Assembly: GCA_049287505.1 (NCBI GenBank)
Contig: JBAQFY010000352.1
Coordinates: 1 to 59,214 of the forward strand
DNA: 59,214 nt
Direction: 5' to 3'
DNA from: Sedimentisphaerales bacterium
GTDB lineage: Bacteria > Planctomycetota > Phycisphaerae > Sedimentisphaerales > Anaerobacaceae
How positions within the stretch are numbered: position 1 is the stretch's first letter; every line of letters begins with the position of its first letter. The notes under the pieces are model-generated. The model saw nothing but the letters and a program-made list of their open reading frames with translations. It was not told the DNA's origin and did not search any database. Position numbers and translations under genes: made by a program. Positions 28,689 through 37,400 of the stretch are shown here, piece after piece.

Positions 28689-29927
28689 CTATCCTTCCCT
28701 GAAACCCTGGAAGTCGCTTGCAAGCAGTTCACCAAAACTAATTAGATTTTTGTTGAGATATTCTCGTAACTGTCTGGAGTTCTTGACTTTCTCGAAATGT
28801 GTGGCACCAGATTCATCAACGACCGCAACGTTAACATCTTCTGGCCTAATCCCATTAAGTATATATGGTGAATGGGTTGTTATCAACACCGGACAGTCGT
28901 CAGAATGATCCTGTAAGAAACGAAGAAGCTTTTCAACTGCGGCTGGATGCAGACAATTCTCTAACTCTTCCAAACATAGAATTGGACCTCTTGCATTTTT
29001 TGAAAATAACGCTTCAAGTATGGCTATAACAAGGAGAGTGCCATCAGAGTATTCCTCAATAAAAGAAAATTGATCACCTGTACGTCTAATAAGGAAATAT
29101 CTCATCCTTTTTGATAGTTGTTTTTTCCCTTTTTCCTTGTTAGGTGGTGTCTTGACTTGAACCTCAAAAATTATATCTTCTAAGTTCAAAATATCACAAA
29201 GGCTTTCTCTAAACAATGTGTAGTACTTCGCTTCTTCTTTTATATTGTCTAAAACAAGCGATAAATCAAATGAAGATACTCTAATACCATCGATAGGTTT
29301 TTCCTCATCTATATCTCTGCGTAATTCCGTTGGTGAAATCGCGAAAATTCGTGCCATTCCAATCGAATTTATTGATTTCACAAATGTTTTTAACTCAGGA
29401 GGCAAGCCCTCAAAATCAGGATATAGGGAGTTTATAGCTAACAAAGATGAATTATTTCCCATTATCTTGTATTTTTTTCCAATAACTTCAAGGTTTTTTC
29501 CGTGTCGCCAAATGTACTTTCTGGCAGGCCCTGGCTTAGATGTCACTTTTGCCGAAAGGATTTCTGAAACGAAAGTCCCATTCTTGTTTTCTGAATCATC
29601 GCATTGGACCTTTACTTCGTAGTCAACTAACCAATGTTCACGATTCTCTGTTGTTTCGAAAGCCATACCGATAGTCATTGGCTTATTCTTATGCTTTTGC
29701 AAATGACATATGGAAGAATCAAGTGTTAAACGTGGTGTAAGACCATCCAGGATTCCTTTTCTAAGCTTTTCATCTCCAAAACACATAGGCCAGAGTATTT
29801 GAACAGCTTCGAGCAGATTCGATTTGCCGCTGTTGTTCGGGCCAACCAACACATTGAAATCGCCAAAGTTTACAATGCAGTTTATCAGGTTCTTATAGCC
29901 ATCAACTCTTATTTGTTTGAGTTTCAT
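28689..29927 (-). CDS. AAA_21/ABC-type ATPase (AbiLi / AriA / OLD-N-terminal-like)
   Basis: MKLKQIRVDGYKNLINCIVNFGDFNVLVGPNNSGKSNLLEAV (Walker A). LCLEELENCLHP (Walker B/D-loop). ITTHSPYIL (H-loop). Confidence 0.75.
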   Translation of the reverse strand: MKLKQIRVDGYKNLINCIVNFGDFNVLVGPNNSGKSNLLEAVQILWPMCFGDEKLRKGILDGLTPRLTLDSSICHLQKHKNKPMTIGMAFETTENREHWLVDYEVKVQCDDSENKNGTFVSEILSAKVTSKPGPARKYIWRHGKNLEVIGKKYKIMGNNSSLLAINSLYPDFEGLPPELKTFVKSINSIGMARIFAISPTELRRDIDEEKPIDGIRVSSFDLSLVLDNIKEEAKYYTLFRESLCDILNLEDIIFEVQVKTPPNKEKGKKQLSKRMRYFLIRRTGDQFSFIEEYSDGTLLVIAILEALFSKNARGPILCLEELENCLHPAAVEKLLRFLQDHSDDCPVLITTHSPYILNGIRPEDVNVAVVDESGATHFEKVKNSRQLREYLNKNLISFGELLASDFQGFREG

Positions 29928-30048
29928 AATTATGTCCTCAGATAAGCTTAATTAGCCTCGAATCACCCAATATATCGACATTTTTTGCATAATTCAATAC
30001 GAAAATAGGTATAATTAGTTCAAATTCAAGTAAATTTTTCCCCTTTTT

Positions 30049-30531
30049 TCAAGAATTTTCACGGTTTTCTTCAGCTAAGACAGCTAATAATCTGCTGGCA
30101 GCCTGTTCGGTAAGTGAGGTGGACTGCGGAGTATCGGTGGATTGAGGTTTACCTGATGGCTGAGTTTTCCTGTTGGCTGTGAGGATTGGCATAGAGATTA
30201 TATCCAAACAGGCTTTGCGAGCGGTTTCGGCTTTGTCGGATTCCGTAAGCTGAATCAGCTTTGCCGCCGCTAAGGGAGCATACCTTGCAATCAAAACAGC
30301 GCTTTGGTGATAAGCACCGGCTATACGCTTCTCGAACTGCTCGGTAAAATCATCGTCATTCTGCCATTTGTTATAGAGCCACCTGCTAACCTTGTGCTTA
30401 TCCAGGATTGCCTGCTCGTCGAGCTCGCCATTGAACATGTCCTCTATTACTGCAAGCTGTCTTTTAGTCAATTGCTTTGCTTTTGGCATCTGTTCCTTAG
30501 CCCCCTTCTCTGATATAGACTGCTCGGTCAC
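30049..30531 (-). CDS. phage HTH protein, candidate terminase small subunit
   Basis: LTKRQLAVIEDMFNGELDEQAILDKHKVSRWLYNKW, then AAAKLIQLTESDKAETARKACLDIISMP. This pattern is common in small-terminase-like proteins. Function is inferred only. Confidence 0.35.
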   Translation of the reverse strand: MTEQSISEKGAKEQMPKAKQLTKRQLAVIEDMFNGELDEQAILDKHKVSRWLYNKWQNDDDFTEQFEKRIAGAYHQSAVLIARYAPLAAAKLIQLTESDKAETARKACLDIISMPILTANRKTQPSGKPQSTDTPQSTSLTEQAASRLLAVLAEENRENS

Positions 30532-30701
30532 CTCGAATGGTTTTGGGCCTGTCGAACGTAAACCGTTTATACAAGTTATACAAGGAACCCCACCTAATAT
30601 TGGGTGTTAGCAGCGAGCTGTTAATTAGTGAGTAAGGTATGGGATACAGAAAGTTAACAAAATCAACGTATTAGCTACTCGCCAATTAACTACAGTGGAC
30701 T

Positions 30702-31076
30702 TCAGGATTTTTTCTTGCGTCGCTTGCGAGGACGAGATTTGATGGCTTTGAGATAGCTGTTTGTTTTTCTTAGGCCCAGCTGTCGTGCTTTGGTTTTTAC
30801 AGAGCCTGCAGACCGGCCAAGTCGCTCGGCCAGCTCTTCTGTTATTGTATTCGGGTAAACTTTCGCAAGCAGTTTCATATCGCCCTTGGACCAATAGCGG
30901 TACACGTCCGTTTTTATCCCGATATCATACGCTTTTTGTCTGACGGCAGTCAAAGGCCGATTAAGCCGCTCAGCTATCTTCTTTGTGTTTCCGTGCGGAT
31001 ATAGTTTTTTGAGCAGCTTAATATCATCCTTCGTCCATGACCACGGGCCTTTGATGAGCTTCTTTTTCTTCGCCAT
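30702..31076 (-). CDS. tandem Myb/SANT-like HTH DNA-binding protein
   Basis: Two internal repeats: WTKDDIKLLKKLYPHGNTKKIAERLNRPLTAVRQKAYDIGI and WSKGDMKLLAKVYPNTITEELAERLGRSAGSVKTKARQLGL. Confidence 0.55.
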   Translation of the reverse strand: MAKKKKLIKGPWSWTKDDIKLLKKLYPHGNTKKIAERLNRPLTAVRQKAYDIGIKTDVYRYWSKGDMKLLAKVYPNTITEELAERLGRSAGSVKTKARQLGLRKTNSYLKAIKSRPRKRRKKKS

Positions 31077-31208
31077 TGCACAACCTCGTTATATTAACTA
31101 CTTTCTATTGACTATTTATTACTATCCATTCTCCGCAGTCCCCCCGCTTTCTTGCGAAAGCATGAAGGAGACGAAAGACAAATTTGATTCCAAATGCCAA
31201 CTTCTTTT

Positions 31209-31250
31209 TCAATAGTCAATTTTCAATAATCAATTCTCAATTGTCAATAG
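31209..31250 (-). repeat. perfect-period heptamer array (ATTGANN)x6
   Basis: On the plus strand, tcaat starts at 31209, 31216, 31223, 31230, 31237 and 31244. The last unit contains the TGA stop of the ParB-like gene. The array lies upstream of the Myb-like gene. Confidence 0.9.
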
Positions 31251-32014
31251 TTATTTTGTGTCTTTGTATCAAGTTTTAAGTTTAGAAACTGCTGGGCTAT
31301 ATATGTAAGAGCCGCTGCATTTTTTGCTGCTTTTGTAGAACTGATTGAATCTAATCTGATTGCCTCCCCGTCATGTGCAGCCATAGGACTTTTGCCCGAC
31401 GGCGATTGGTGCTGGACTTGTGCAAGCGATAGTGCGTTCTCGATAGTTTTCTGTTGCTTGTCGTTTACAAAGAACACCAGCGGATTTAAGATTTTCGGTT
31501 TGCGATTCTCAACAGCCTTTCGGCAATCGGAAATCTTCAATTCGGTTAAACGTTCAATCTGGCCTGCGCGGAGCGGCAGAAGTTTTGCGAGCTTGCCGAC
31601 TTCCATTCGTTGATTTAGCCGTTTCAACAGTGCCAGTTTCTTCTCAAGGATGTCCGAGCCGCCAAGACGATTGAGCGTGGCAAGCAGTATGTCAGCGTCC
31701 CGGTCGCCGATGTCCCAGACTATTGCGTCAGCGGTTTTATAGCCAAGCTCTCGCAAAGCTTGCCAGCGATGATGGCCGTTGATTATTTGAAAACGCGTTT
31801 TTCCGTTATCATCTGGATTTCTGCTTGCACAGGAATGACAATTTTTCTGTGTGCAGGGCCGAACCACCAATGGCTCATATCGGCCGGTCCGCTCTATATT
31901 GCGAACCAGCTTTGCAAAGTTGGTCTTGCTCATTCGGTTAGGATTGTCCGGATGAGCAACGAGCTTATCAAGTGCTATCTTTGAAACTCGATTCTCGATT
32001 TTCGTTTCTTGCAT
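31244..32014 (-). CDS. ParB-like nuclease (ParB/Srx N-terminal) domain protein
   Basis: LVAHPDNPNRMS and FQIINGHHRWQALRELG. A 20-aa Cys-containing insert (CTQKNCHSCASRNPDDNGKTR) sits between them. Confidence 0.75.
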   Translation of the reverse strand: MQETKIENRVSKIALDKLVAHPDNPNRMSKTNFAKLVRNIERTGRYEPLVVRPCTQKNCHSCASRNPDDNGKTRFQIINGHHRWQALRELGYKTADAIVWDIGDRDADILLATLNRLGGSDILEKKLALLKRLNQRMEVGKLAKLLPLRAGQIERLTELKISDCRKAVENRKPKILNPLVFFVNDKQQKTIENALSLAQVQHQSPSGKSPMAAHDGEAIRLDSISSTKAAKNAAALTYIAQQFLNLKLDTKTQNNY

Positions 32015-32071
32015 TACCGATTCACTTTTCCTGATTCTCTACGAACCCCCCACACCTGACGGAAGCGTGCT

Positions 32072-32845
32072 TTACATCATAGGTGACTTCCGCTTCGCTC
32101 CATCATCGAGCATTGATAATTCGACATCGGATTTTGGATTGAACCAGATGTAATAGACAGGCTTGGCGGTAAGCTTGCTCAATATATATCTCATTCGCTT
32201 CGTGCCGGTCTGCATATTCCGGCGGCAGCCGTAGCTCTGCAGAAAAGAGCTGATTTGGCGCTCAATGAATTCGGCCTGGGCGCCCCCTAATTCGGCGAGC
32301 TTTCGCTGTACTTTTTCTGCATCGACAAGCTCCGGGTTTTCTATCCCAATCATACTAAACGCTTCTATAAGCTGAACACATCTTGCAGGCATTTTGGCTG
32401 TGTAAGCAGTCATTCCCGCTTTTTCAAAGAAAGGATTGACCAGTCCCATCACCGCCATCGCCTCGATGATGGGCACATTCATTTTTGGCGTAGTCTTTCG
32501 CACTAATCTGCTCGCTAAACCCAGCCCACGGAACCTGGGCTCGATAACGACTCTGCTGATACAGCGAATGTTCTTGTTGATAAGCGCCAACCGTGTGCTC
32601 CTGTCGAAGCCGACAAAGAAATTGTCCGTAGCAACATTTCGGAGCTCCAGCCCCGGGACCGGCATCGAGTAAACTATAACTCCCATGGCTTTTGTATGTA
32701 GCGTTCCCCCTACCGGTTTCAAAGCAAAGATGCGCTCGAAAGGCCCCAGCCGACTATCGCGGTAGTGATAATGTGCAAGCTGCTTGTAATCATCAAGACA
32801 GCCGGGGATAATTTGTAACCTTCTGCAAACAGAGCACTCTTTCAT
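32072..32845 (-). CDS. GNAT-like acetyltransferase-fold protein (first gene of the leftward operon)
   Basis: VVIEPRFRGLGLASRLV resembles GNAT motif A (R/Q-x-x-G-x-G/A). The rest is unassigned. Confidence 0.4.
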   Translation of the reverse strand: MKECSVCRRLQIIPGCLDDYKQLAHYHYRDSRLGPFERIFALKPVGGTLHTKAMGVIVYSMPVPGLELRNVATDNFFVGFDRSTRLALINKNIRCISRVVIEPRFRGLGLASRLVRKTTPKMNVPIIEAMAVMGLVNPFFEKAGMTAYTAKMPARCVQLIEAFSMIGIENPELVDAEKVQRKLAELGGAQAEFIERQISSFLQSYGCRRNMQTGTKRMRYILSKLTAKPVYYIWFNPKSDVELSMLDDGAKRKSPMM

Positions 32846-32920
32846 TTTTCCTTTGGGGGTTTTCAGATTGAATACCCTGACAAATGGTCAAGTAATATAG
32901 TAAATTATTTAGCCCTCCCC

Positions 32921-33068
32921 CCATAATTAGAGCTATCTGCGGATTTGATGCGAAATTTGATGGATTTTTCGGGTGGCCAATTCACCTAAGTACTTATTTA
33001 GAAATGAATAAAAAATTTTTCAAAAATTCTAATTTCTGCTCGCAGGTATCAGCGGATTTGATTGAAAT
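32921..33068. repeat. 148-bp inverted repeat, left copy (upstream of the leftward operon)
   Basis: Its reverse complement aligns without gaps to 40596-40743, with 111/148 identical by hand count. The alignment includes a perfect 20-mer, gcagatagctctaattatgg. Confidence 0.85.
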
Positions 33069-33366
33069 TCCTGAGATATTCCTGTGGCAAGCAGGAAGAG
33101 CAGCCTAATTGAAAAGAATTTTGTTATTTAGCCGATTTAAGCATTAAAACAGGCTATTTTCTTGATTTTCTGCAATTTCCTATTGTACGTGTTTAGCCCG
33201 AAAATGTAGGTTTTTGGCCGGAAAACGGCAGTCATTACCAAATTCAGGTGTTTTTTAGGCTCTTTGGAACCACAAAAACCTCGATAGACGTCTAAAATCG
33301 CCGTTTTTCCTGGCTAAACACGTACTTCCTATTTAGGAAATTAATTCTAAACAAGAAAATATACTG

Positions 33367-33405
33367 TTGACAATTTCTTGAAATTACGATATATCCTATA
33401 TAGGA
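33367..33405 (+). promoter_or_regulatory. sigma70-like promoter with an overlapping palindromic operator, upstream of 33433
   Basis: TTGACA (33367-33372), 17 nt, TATATC (33390-33395). A perfect 12-bp palindrome, tcctatatagga (33394-33405), overlaps the -10. A related TTCCTAttTAGGAA lies at 33326-33339. Confidence 0.5.
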
Positions 33406-33432
33406 AAATAGCCATATTTAGGAAAAACAAAC

Positions 33433-34530
33433 ATGAGAGTTACAGAAAGAGAAATGATTCAATATTTGCAAAGAGCAGGCTATCAATATGCGCCCTTAAC
33501 AATAAAAGGCTTTGAGGAGCAGGTTCTTCTGCCACAGGGATATCAAGCTGACGCAATCATAGAGTTCTCGATTCAAGATGGGCCCTGCTTTGAAGCCTTG
33601 GTAGAGATTGTACCTGTACCCACGCCAAAGAATATTCTTGAGAAGTCCCGACTTCTTTTTGATTATATTAGTAAAACAAACAAGCCGAATATCGTACCTT
33701 TGATAATAGCTCCCTATATTGGCAAAAGACAGGCTAAGATGCTGGCCGATACAGGTATTTCGTGGATAGACATATCCGGCAATATGTCAATTAGAGTTTC
33801 AAATCAGATATACATCGAACATACAGGTCAAAAGAATCGTTTCCCCGACACTGCACCGATTAAAAAAATTTTTCAGGGTACATCTTCCCTTGTAAGCAGA
33901 GCCTTACTTCTGAAACCGGAAGGTTTTTCATCTCTGTATGAATTGGTTGACTTTATCAATGAGCGTAATGCCAACATAACATTATCGACAGTCTCGAAAG
34001 TTTTAAAATCTCTTGAAGAAGAACTGTTGATAGCAAAAAGTAATAAGCTTATTTCTGTAAATGAAAAAGAAAAACTTCTTGAGAGACTTAAAGAAGGCTA
34101 CATTAATTCCACAGAACGAAAGTCGAGGGAAACATACAGGTTCGCAACTGAGAGCACTAAAAAACTGTTTTTTGATTTCTACCAGAAACAATTAGGTTAT
34201 GTAGCTTGCGGATTCTATGCAGCGCAAATAAAAGGCCTTGCACTTACAGACCAAATAACGATATTCGTAAAAGACATAGAACAAGTGAGAATGTCCGCTA
34301 AGCAAAATTGGATTAGAATTACTCCTGATGCTGAATTTGGTAACGTTAGCATAACAGAGGTTAAGGACCCTGGTGTTTGGTTTAATGTTCCTTTGCCTAT
34401 GTACAATCGTGATGTTGTTGTCGATGACATAGAATTATATCTTGAGATGATGGTTGATACACCAAGAGGCCCAAAGATTGCCGAACAATTAAAGCGTCGT
34501 ATTTTAGAAAAGGCCGATATCAGTGGATAG
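33433..34530 (+). CDS. wHTH DNA-binding protein, AbiEi-like antitoxin/regulator candidate
   Basis: Central wHTH-like segment YELVDFINERNANITLSTVSKVLKSLEEELLIAKSNKLISV. An 8-nt GTGGATAG overlap links it to the downstream nucleotidyltransferase reading frame. Palindromic operators lie upstream. Confidence 0.4.
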   Translation: MRVTEREMIQYLQRAGYQYAPLTIKGFEEQVLLPQGYQADAIIEFSIQDGPCFEALVEIVPVPTPKNILEKSRLLFDYISKTNKPNIVPLIIAPYIGKRQAKMLADTGISWIDISGNMSIRVSNQIYIEHTGQKNRFPDTAPIKKIFQGTSSLVSRALLLKPEGFSSLYELVDFINERNANITLSTVSKVLKSLEEELLIAKSNKLISVNEKEKLLERLKEGYINSTERKSRETYRFATESTKKLFFDFYQKQLGYVACGFYAAQIKGLALTDQITIFVKDIEQVRMSAKQNWIRITPDAEFGNVSITEVKDPGVWFNVPLPMYNRDVVVDDIELYLEMMVDTPRGPKIAEQLKRRILEKADISG

Positions 34531-35356
34531 AAGAATATTTCAACAGTTAGCAGATTTGGCAGAGTCATTCAACAAAATTGGGCTCAAGCCTGTCATCTGT
34601 GGGGGATTGGGCATCTAATTATGCTTTCACAAATGTGAAGGAGAAGCACAGGAATTGATTCGAACCACCAACGATATAGATTTAATTCTCACAAAGACCC
34701 AGGTCATTGAAAAAGCCCGATGCAGGGCCATCGCCGAGATAATTACCGGTGAATTAAGATACATTGTTCGCGAGGGTCGTGAATACCTTCATTTCAAGAA
34801 AAATCAGGACCAGTATCTTGATATCCTGGCTCCGCCTATTGAAGGATTCAAAACAGAAGGATTCAGGATTAAATTTGTCAGCTCAAAACTACACGGCCAT
34901 ATTACTAACGAAGCCTGTTTTGTTGAAGAGGATTTAAGAACTGTATCTTTACTGCCATTCCTGCCTAAGAACTATAAGAGAAGTAATCTCGAAGTTCAAG
35001 TACCTTCACCAACAAATTCACTGCTTCTGAAGCTTTTTGCATTTAACGATTGGGACGAAGGTCAAAGACAAGATTCCGAGCGAGCTCAGGCACATGCATT
35101 GGACATATATATAGCAATAACGTTGACAAACAGAAATGATTATCTCGAAGGCCAAAATTTTTTATCTCGGCATAGAGATTCAGAGATAATCCAAGGAGCA
35201 CAATTTATAATCGGTAGTAAGTTCTCTTCTGTTGACAAACCCGGGTGGCAACTTGTGCTTGAGGCATCCAGCTTTTACCCCGAAATAAACGTTCGGCAAA
35301 AAAGAGAAAGATTAGACGATGCAAAACGCCGTTTAGTAAGATGGTTCACTATCTAA
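34523..35356 (+). pseudogene. AbiEii/DUF1814-like nucleotidyltransferase toxin gene interrupted by an in-frame TAA (34616-34618)
   Basis: The frame from GTG 34523 reads MDRRIFQQLADLAESFNKIGLKPVICGGLGI*LCFHKCEGEAQELIRTTNDIDLIL. The GG and DxD halves of the NTase motif are therefore split by the stop. Downstream, LLLKLFAFND...HALDIYIAI matches the K...DlyD pattern of this family. Confidence 0.55.
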
Positions 35357-35403
35357 GTACTTTGGTTCAAATCGGTGGGCTGAAGCCCCACTGCATAATT
35401 ATT

Positions 35404-36120
35404 TCATTTCCCCGGTCTGTAGCCTAACTCCTTTTTTAGCAGGGCGATAAAGACGGCGGCGGGGTTTCGGCCGGTGCTCGCCTTTCTGGCGTAGTCCAGG
35501 ACCCTGTCGAAGATTTCCCCATTGAAACGGCCGGTTGCACAGCCAACCATAAGCCAGTTTGTTATATTGCGAAAACAGGTGCGGTCGGACTGATTGCGAG
35601 GCCTGATAATGCTGAGCAGGGCTTCGTTGAAAGAAAGTGCTCGAAGCGAATTCGAAGAAGAAAGAGATTGCTCCTTCGTATACGTATTCGTATTAACTTT
35701 CTTTTCTTTTTCGTTTACGTTTCTTTTCGGGTTCGTTGGTTGAACCGGCGATGTAACACCTATTGAACCGTGGTTCAACTGTTGTTGCCTTTTTTTTGCG
35801 CTTGCAAGTCCTGCTTTACGCTGGTGTTGTATAAATTTCTTTGCCCTTCTTAACTCTTTTGTTACACGTTTATGTTTAATCACGCCGTTGCGTGTCTGAA
35901 ACTTTTTTGAAATGTTCTGCCAGATTTCCTCGAATTCTTCGACACTTTCGCAATAGCAGAGTTTGCTCAGAGCTGATGGTTTATATTCGCATCTACCGTT
36001 GTTGGAAGTAAGATAGAAGATTAAGGTACAATATACACTTCTTTCGGCATGAGACGTTGTGATGTAATCTAAGTCTGTCAAAAACGCTTCGCTTTCCAGT
36101 TGAACGTACTTGATTTTCAT
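35404..36120 (-). CDS. DUF1376-like phage replication-associated protein
   Basis: FLTDLDYITTSHAERSVYCTLIFYL, then KRVTKELRRAKKFIQHQRKAGLASAKKRQQQ, as in DUF1376 proteins. Confidence 0.45.
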   Translation of the reverse strand: MKIKYVQLESEAFLTDLDYITTSHAERSVYCTLIFYLTSNNGRCEYKPSALSKLCYCESVEEFEEIWQNISKKFQTRNGVIKHKRVTKELRRAKKFIQHQRKAGLASAKKRQQQLNHGSIGVTSPVQPTNPKRNVNEKEKKVNTNTYTKEQSLSSSNSLRALSFNEALLSIIRPRNQSDRTCFRNITNWLMVGCATGRFNGEIFDRVLDYARKASTGRNPAAVFIALLKKELGYRPGK

Positions 36121-36764
36121 TTGCCTGCCTGCTTATAGATAACCTGTGTCGGGCCTGATAATTCCTTTACGACCAGAACGTCCGGCGATAAATCGAGCAG
36201 GATGTCATCGTGGCTTGAGGCCAGGATAAATATCGTTCTGGTACGCTTTGCGAACTTGTGGACATTATATGAAATCACCGCAGCGGTAATTCGGTCTAAT
36301 CCGGAGCAGAATTCATCTGCGAAGATGAATTTCTTTTTCGCTGCCAATGCCATCGCCAGGCGAAAGCGGTATTTTTGGCCTTCGCTGAGATTGCAGGGCT
36401 GATTGAGAATACAAAAACAATCGTTCAGCCCTGCGATGCTGAGCATTCTAAGACTGGTTATTAAATTACTCTCGATACAATCGATAAGGGTTTTGTCGCT
36501 GGGCAGTTTTATTCGGGCAAGGTTTATCCTGTCCGGTGCGGGGATGGATTTTTCCAGCTCTCTCAGCAGAACGCTTTTGCCAGCCCCCGATGGGCCTGTG
36601 ATATAGACGATATTGCCGTCATTTATTTCCAATTGACAGCTATGGTTGAGACGCCTTTCAGTGAGTCCGTCCACAGTCAGGCCGAACATCCTGCAGACTA
36701 AAGCAACCTTTTCGGTAATTGTTCCCTGCCAGTTGAAACTTTTTGAGACGCTGTATGTTGGCAT
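36117..36764 (-). CDS. ABC-type ATPase (stand-alone nucleotide-binding domain)
   Basis: Walker A GPSGAGKS, signature-like LSEGQKYR, Walker B FIFADEF, H-loop ASSHDD. 4-nt overlap with the downstream gene. Confidence 0.7.
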   Translation of the reverse strand: MPTYSVSKSFNWQGTITEKVALVCRMFGLTVDGLTERRLNHSCQLEINDGNIVYITGPSGAGKSVLLRELEKSIPAPDRINLARIKLPSDKTLIDCIESNLITSLRMLSIAGLNDCFCILNQPCNLSEGQKYRFRLAMALAAKKKFIFADEFCSGLDRITAAVISYNVHKFAKRTRTIFILASSHDDILLDLSPDVLVVKELSGPTQVIYKQAGK

Positions 36765-36784
36765 AACTCGTACCTCGTATTACA

Positions 36785-37201
36785 TTATCCACTATCCTTC
36801 AGGATACTTTGTACCTTTTTCAGAACTTCGCGAACGTGATAAAAGCTCCAGTGCCGCTTTACGGCGATTTTTCTCATTGACAGACCTGTCAGGAAGTAGT
36901 CCTTTGCGATGGTCATCTGTTCTCTGGTAAATTTTTCACGGTTCCGTAAACAGACTATGTATTTGCCGTCTATGAGTCGTTTTGTCAGTCCGTTTATTCT
37001 TCGAGCGATACTTGTATCGCTAATGCCGGTCAGCCGGGCTATCTGCCGAAAGCTATTGCCGTTCTCCAGATACATTGTCATCAGGACCTTGTCTTTCCCG
37101 TTTAGCAGGTTCAGCCTGTCCCGCAGCAGGTCGATTTCGTCTCGATACTGATTTTTGGCTTCCCGCGTTTTCTGTGAGATATTTGTGTGAATTTTTTTCA
37201 T
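36785..37201 (-). CDS. sigma-70 region-4-like HTH regulator (two HTH copies)
   Basis: VLMTMYLENGNSFRQIARLTGISDTSIARRINGLTKRL, plus a second weaker copy IAKDYFLTGLSMRKIAVKRHWSFYHVREVL. Confidence 0.5.
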   Translation of the reverse strand: MKKIHTNISQKTREAKNQYRDEIDLLRDRLNLLNGKDKVLMTMYLENGNSFRQIARLTGISDTSIARRINGLTKRLIDGKYIVCLRNREKFTREQMTIAKDYFLTGLSMRKIAVKRHWSFYHVREVLKKVQSILKDSG

Positions 37202-37311
37202 CGTTGAACTTCAGTCATTCCGTGCCCACTCGGCTTTGCTCATGGCAGGCCTTGTTGCGGAATCTATTGTTTCAACTCTGGATTCCTGCTTGCGGGCTTG
37301 TCGAAAAAGTC

Positions 37312-37400
37312 GAGATTGCTTCGTCGCAACGCTCCTCGCAATGAAACAAAAGGCGTTTTCAGGTCATTGCGAGCGATTTGAAAAATCGCGTGGCAATCTC
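37312..37400. repeat. pair of GTCATTGCGAG...GCAATCTC hairpin units in inverted orientation
   Basis: gagattgcttcgtcgcaacgctcctcgcaatga (37312-37344, reverse unit) and gtcattgcgagcgatttgaaaaatcgcgtggcaatctc (37363-37400, forward unit). Confidence 0.85.
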
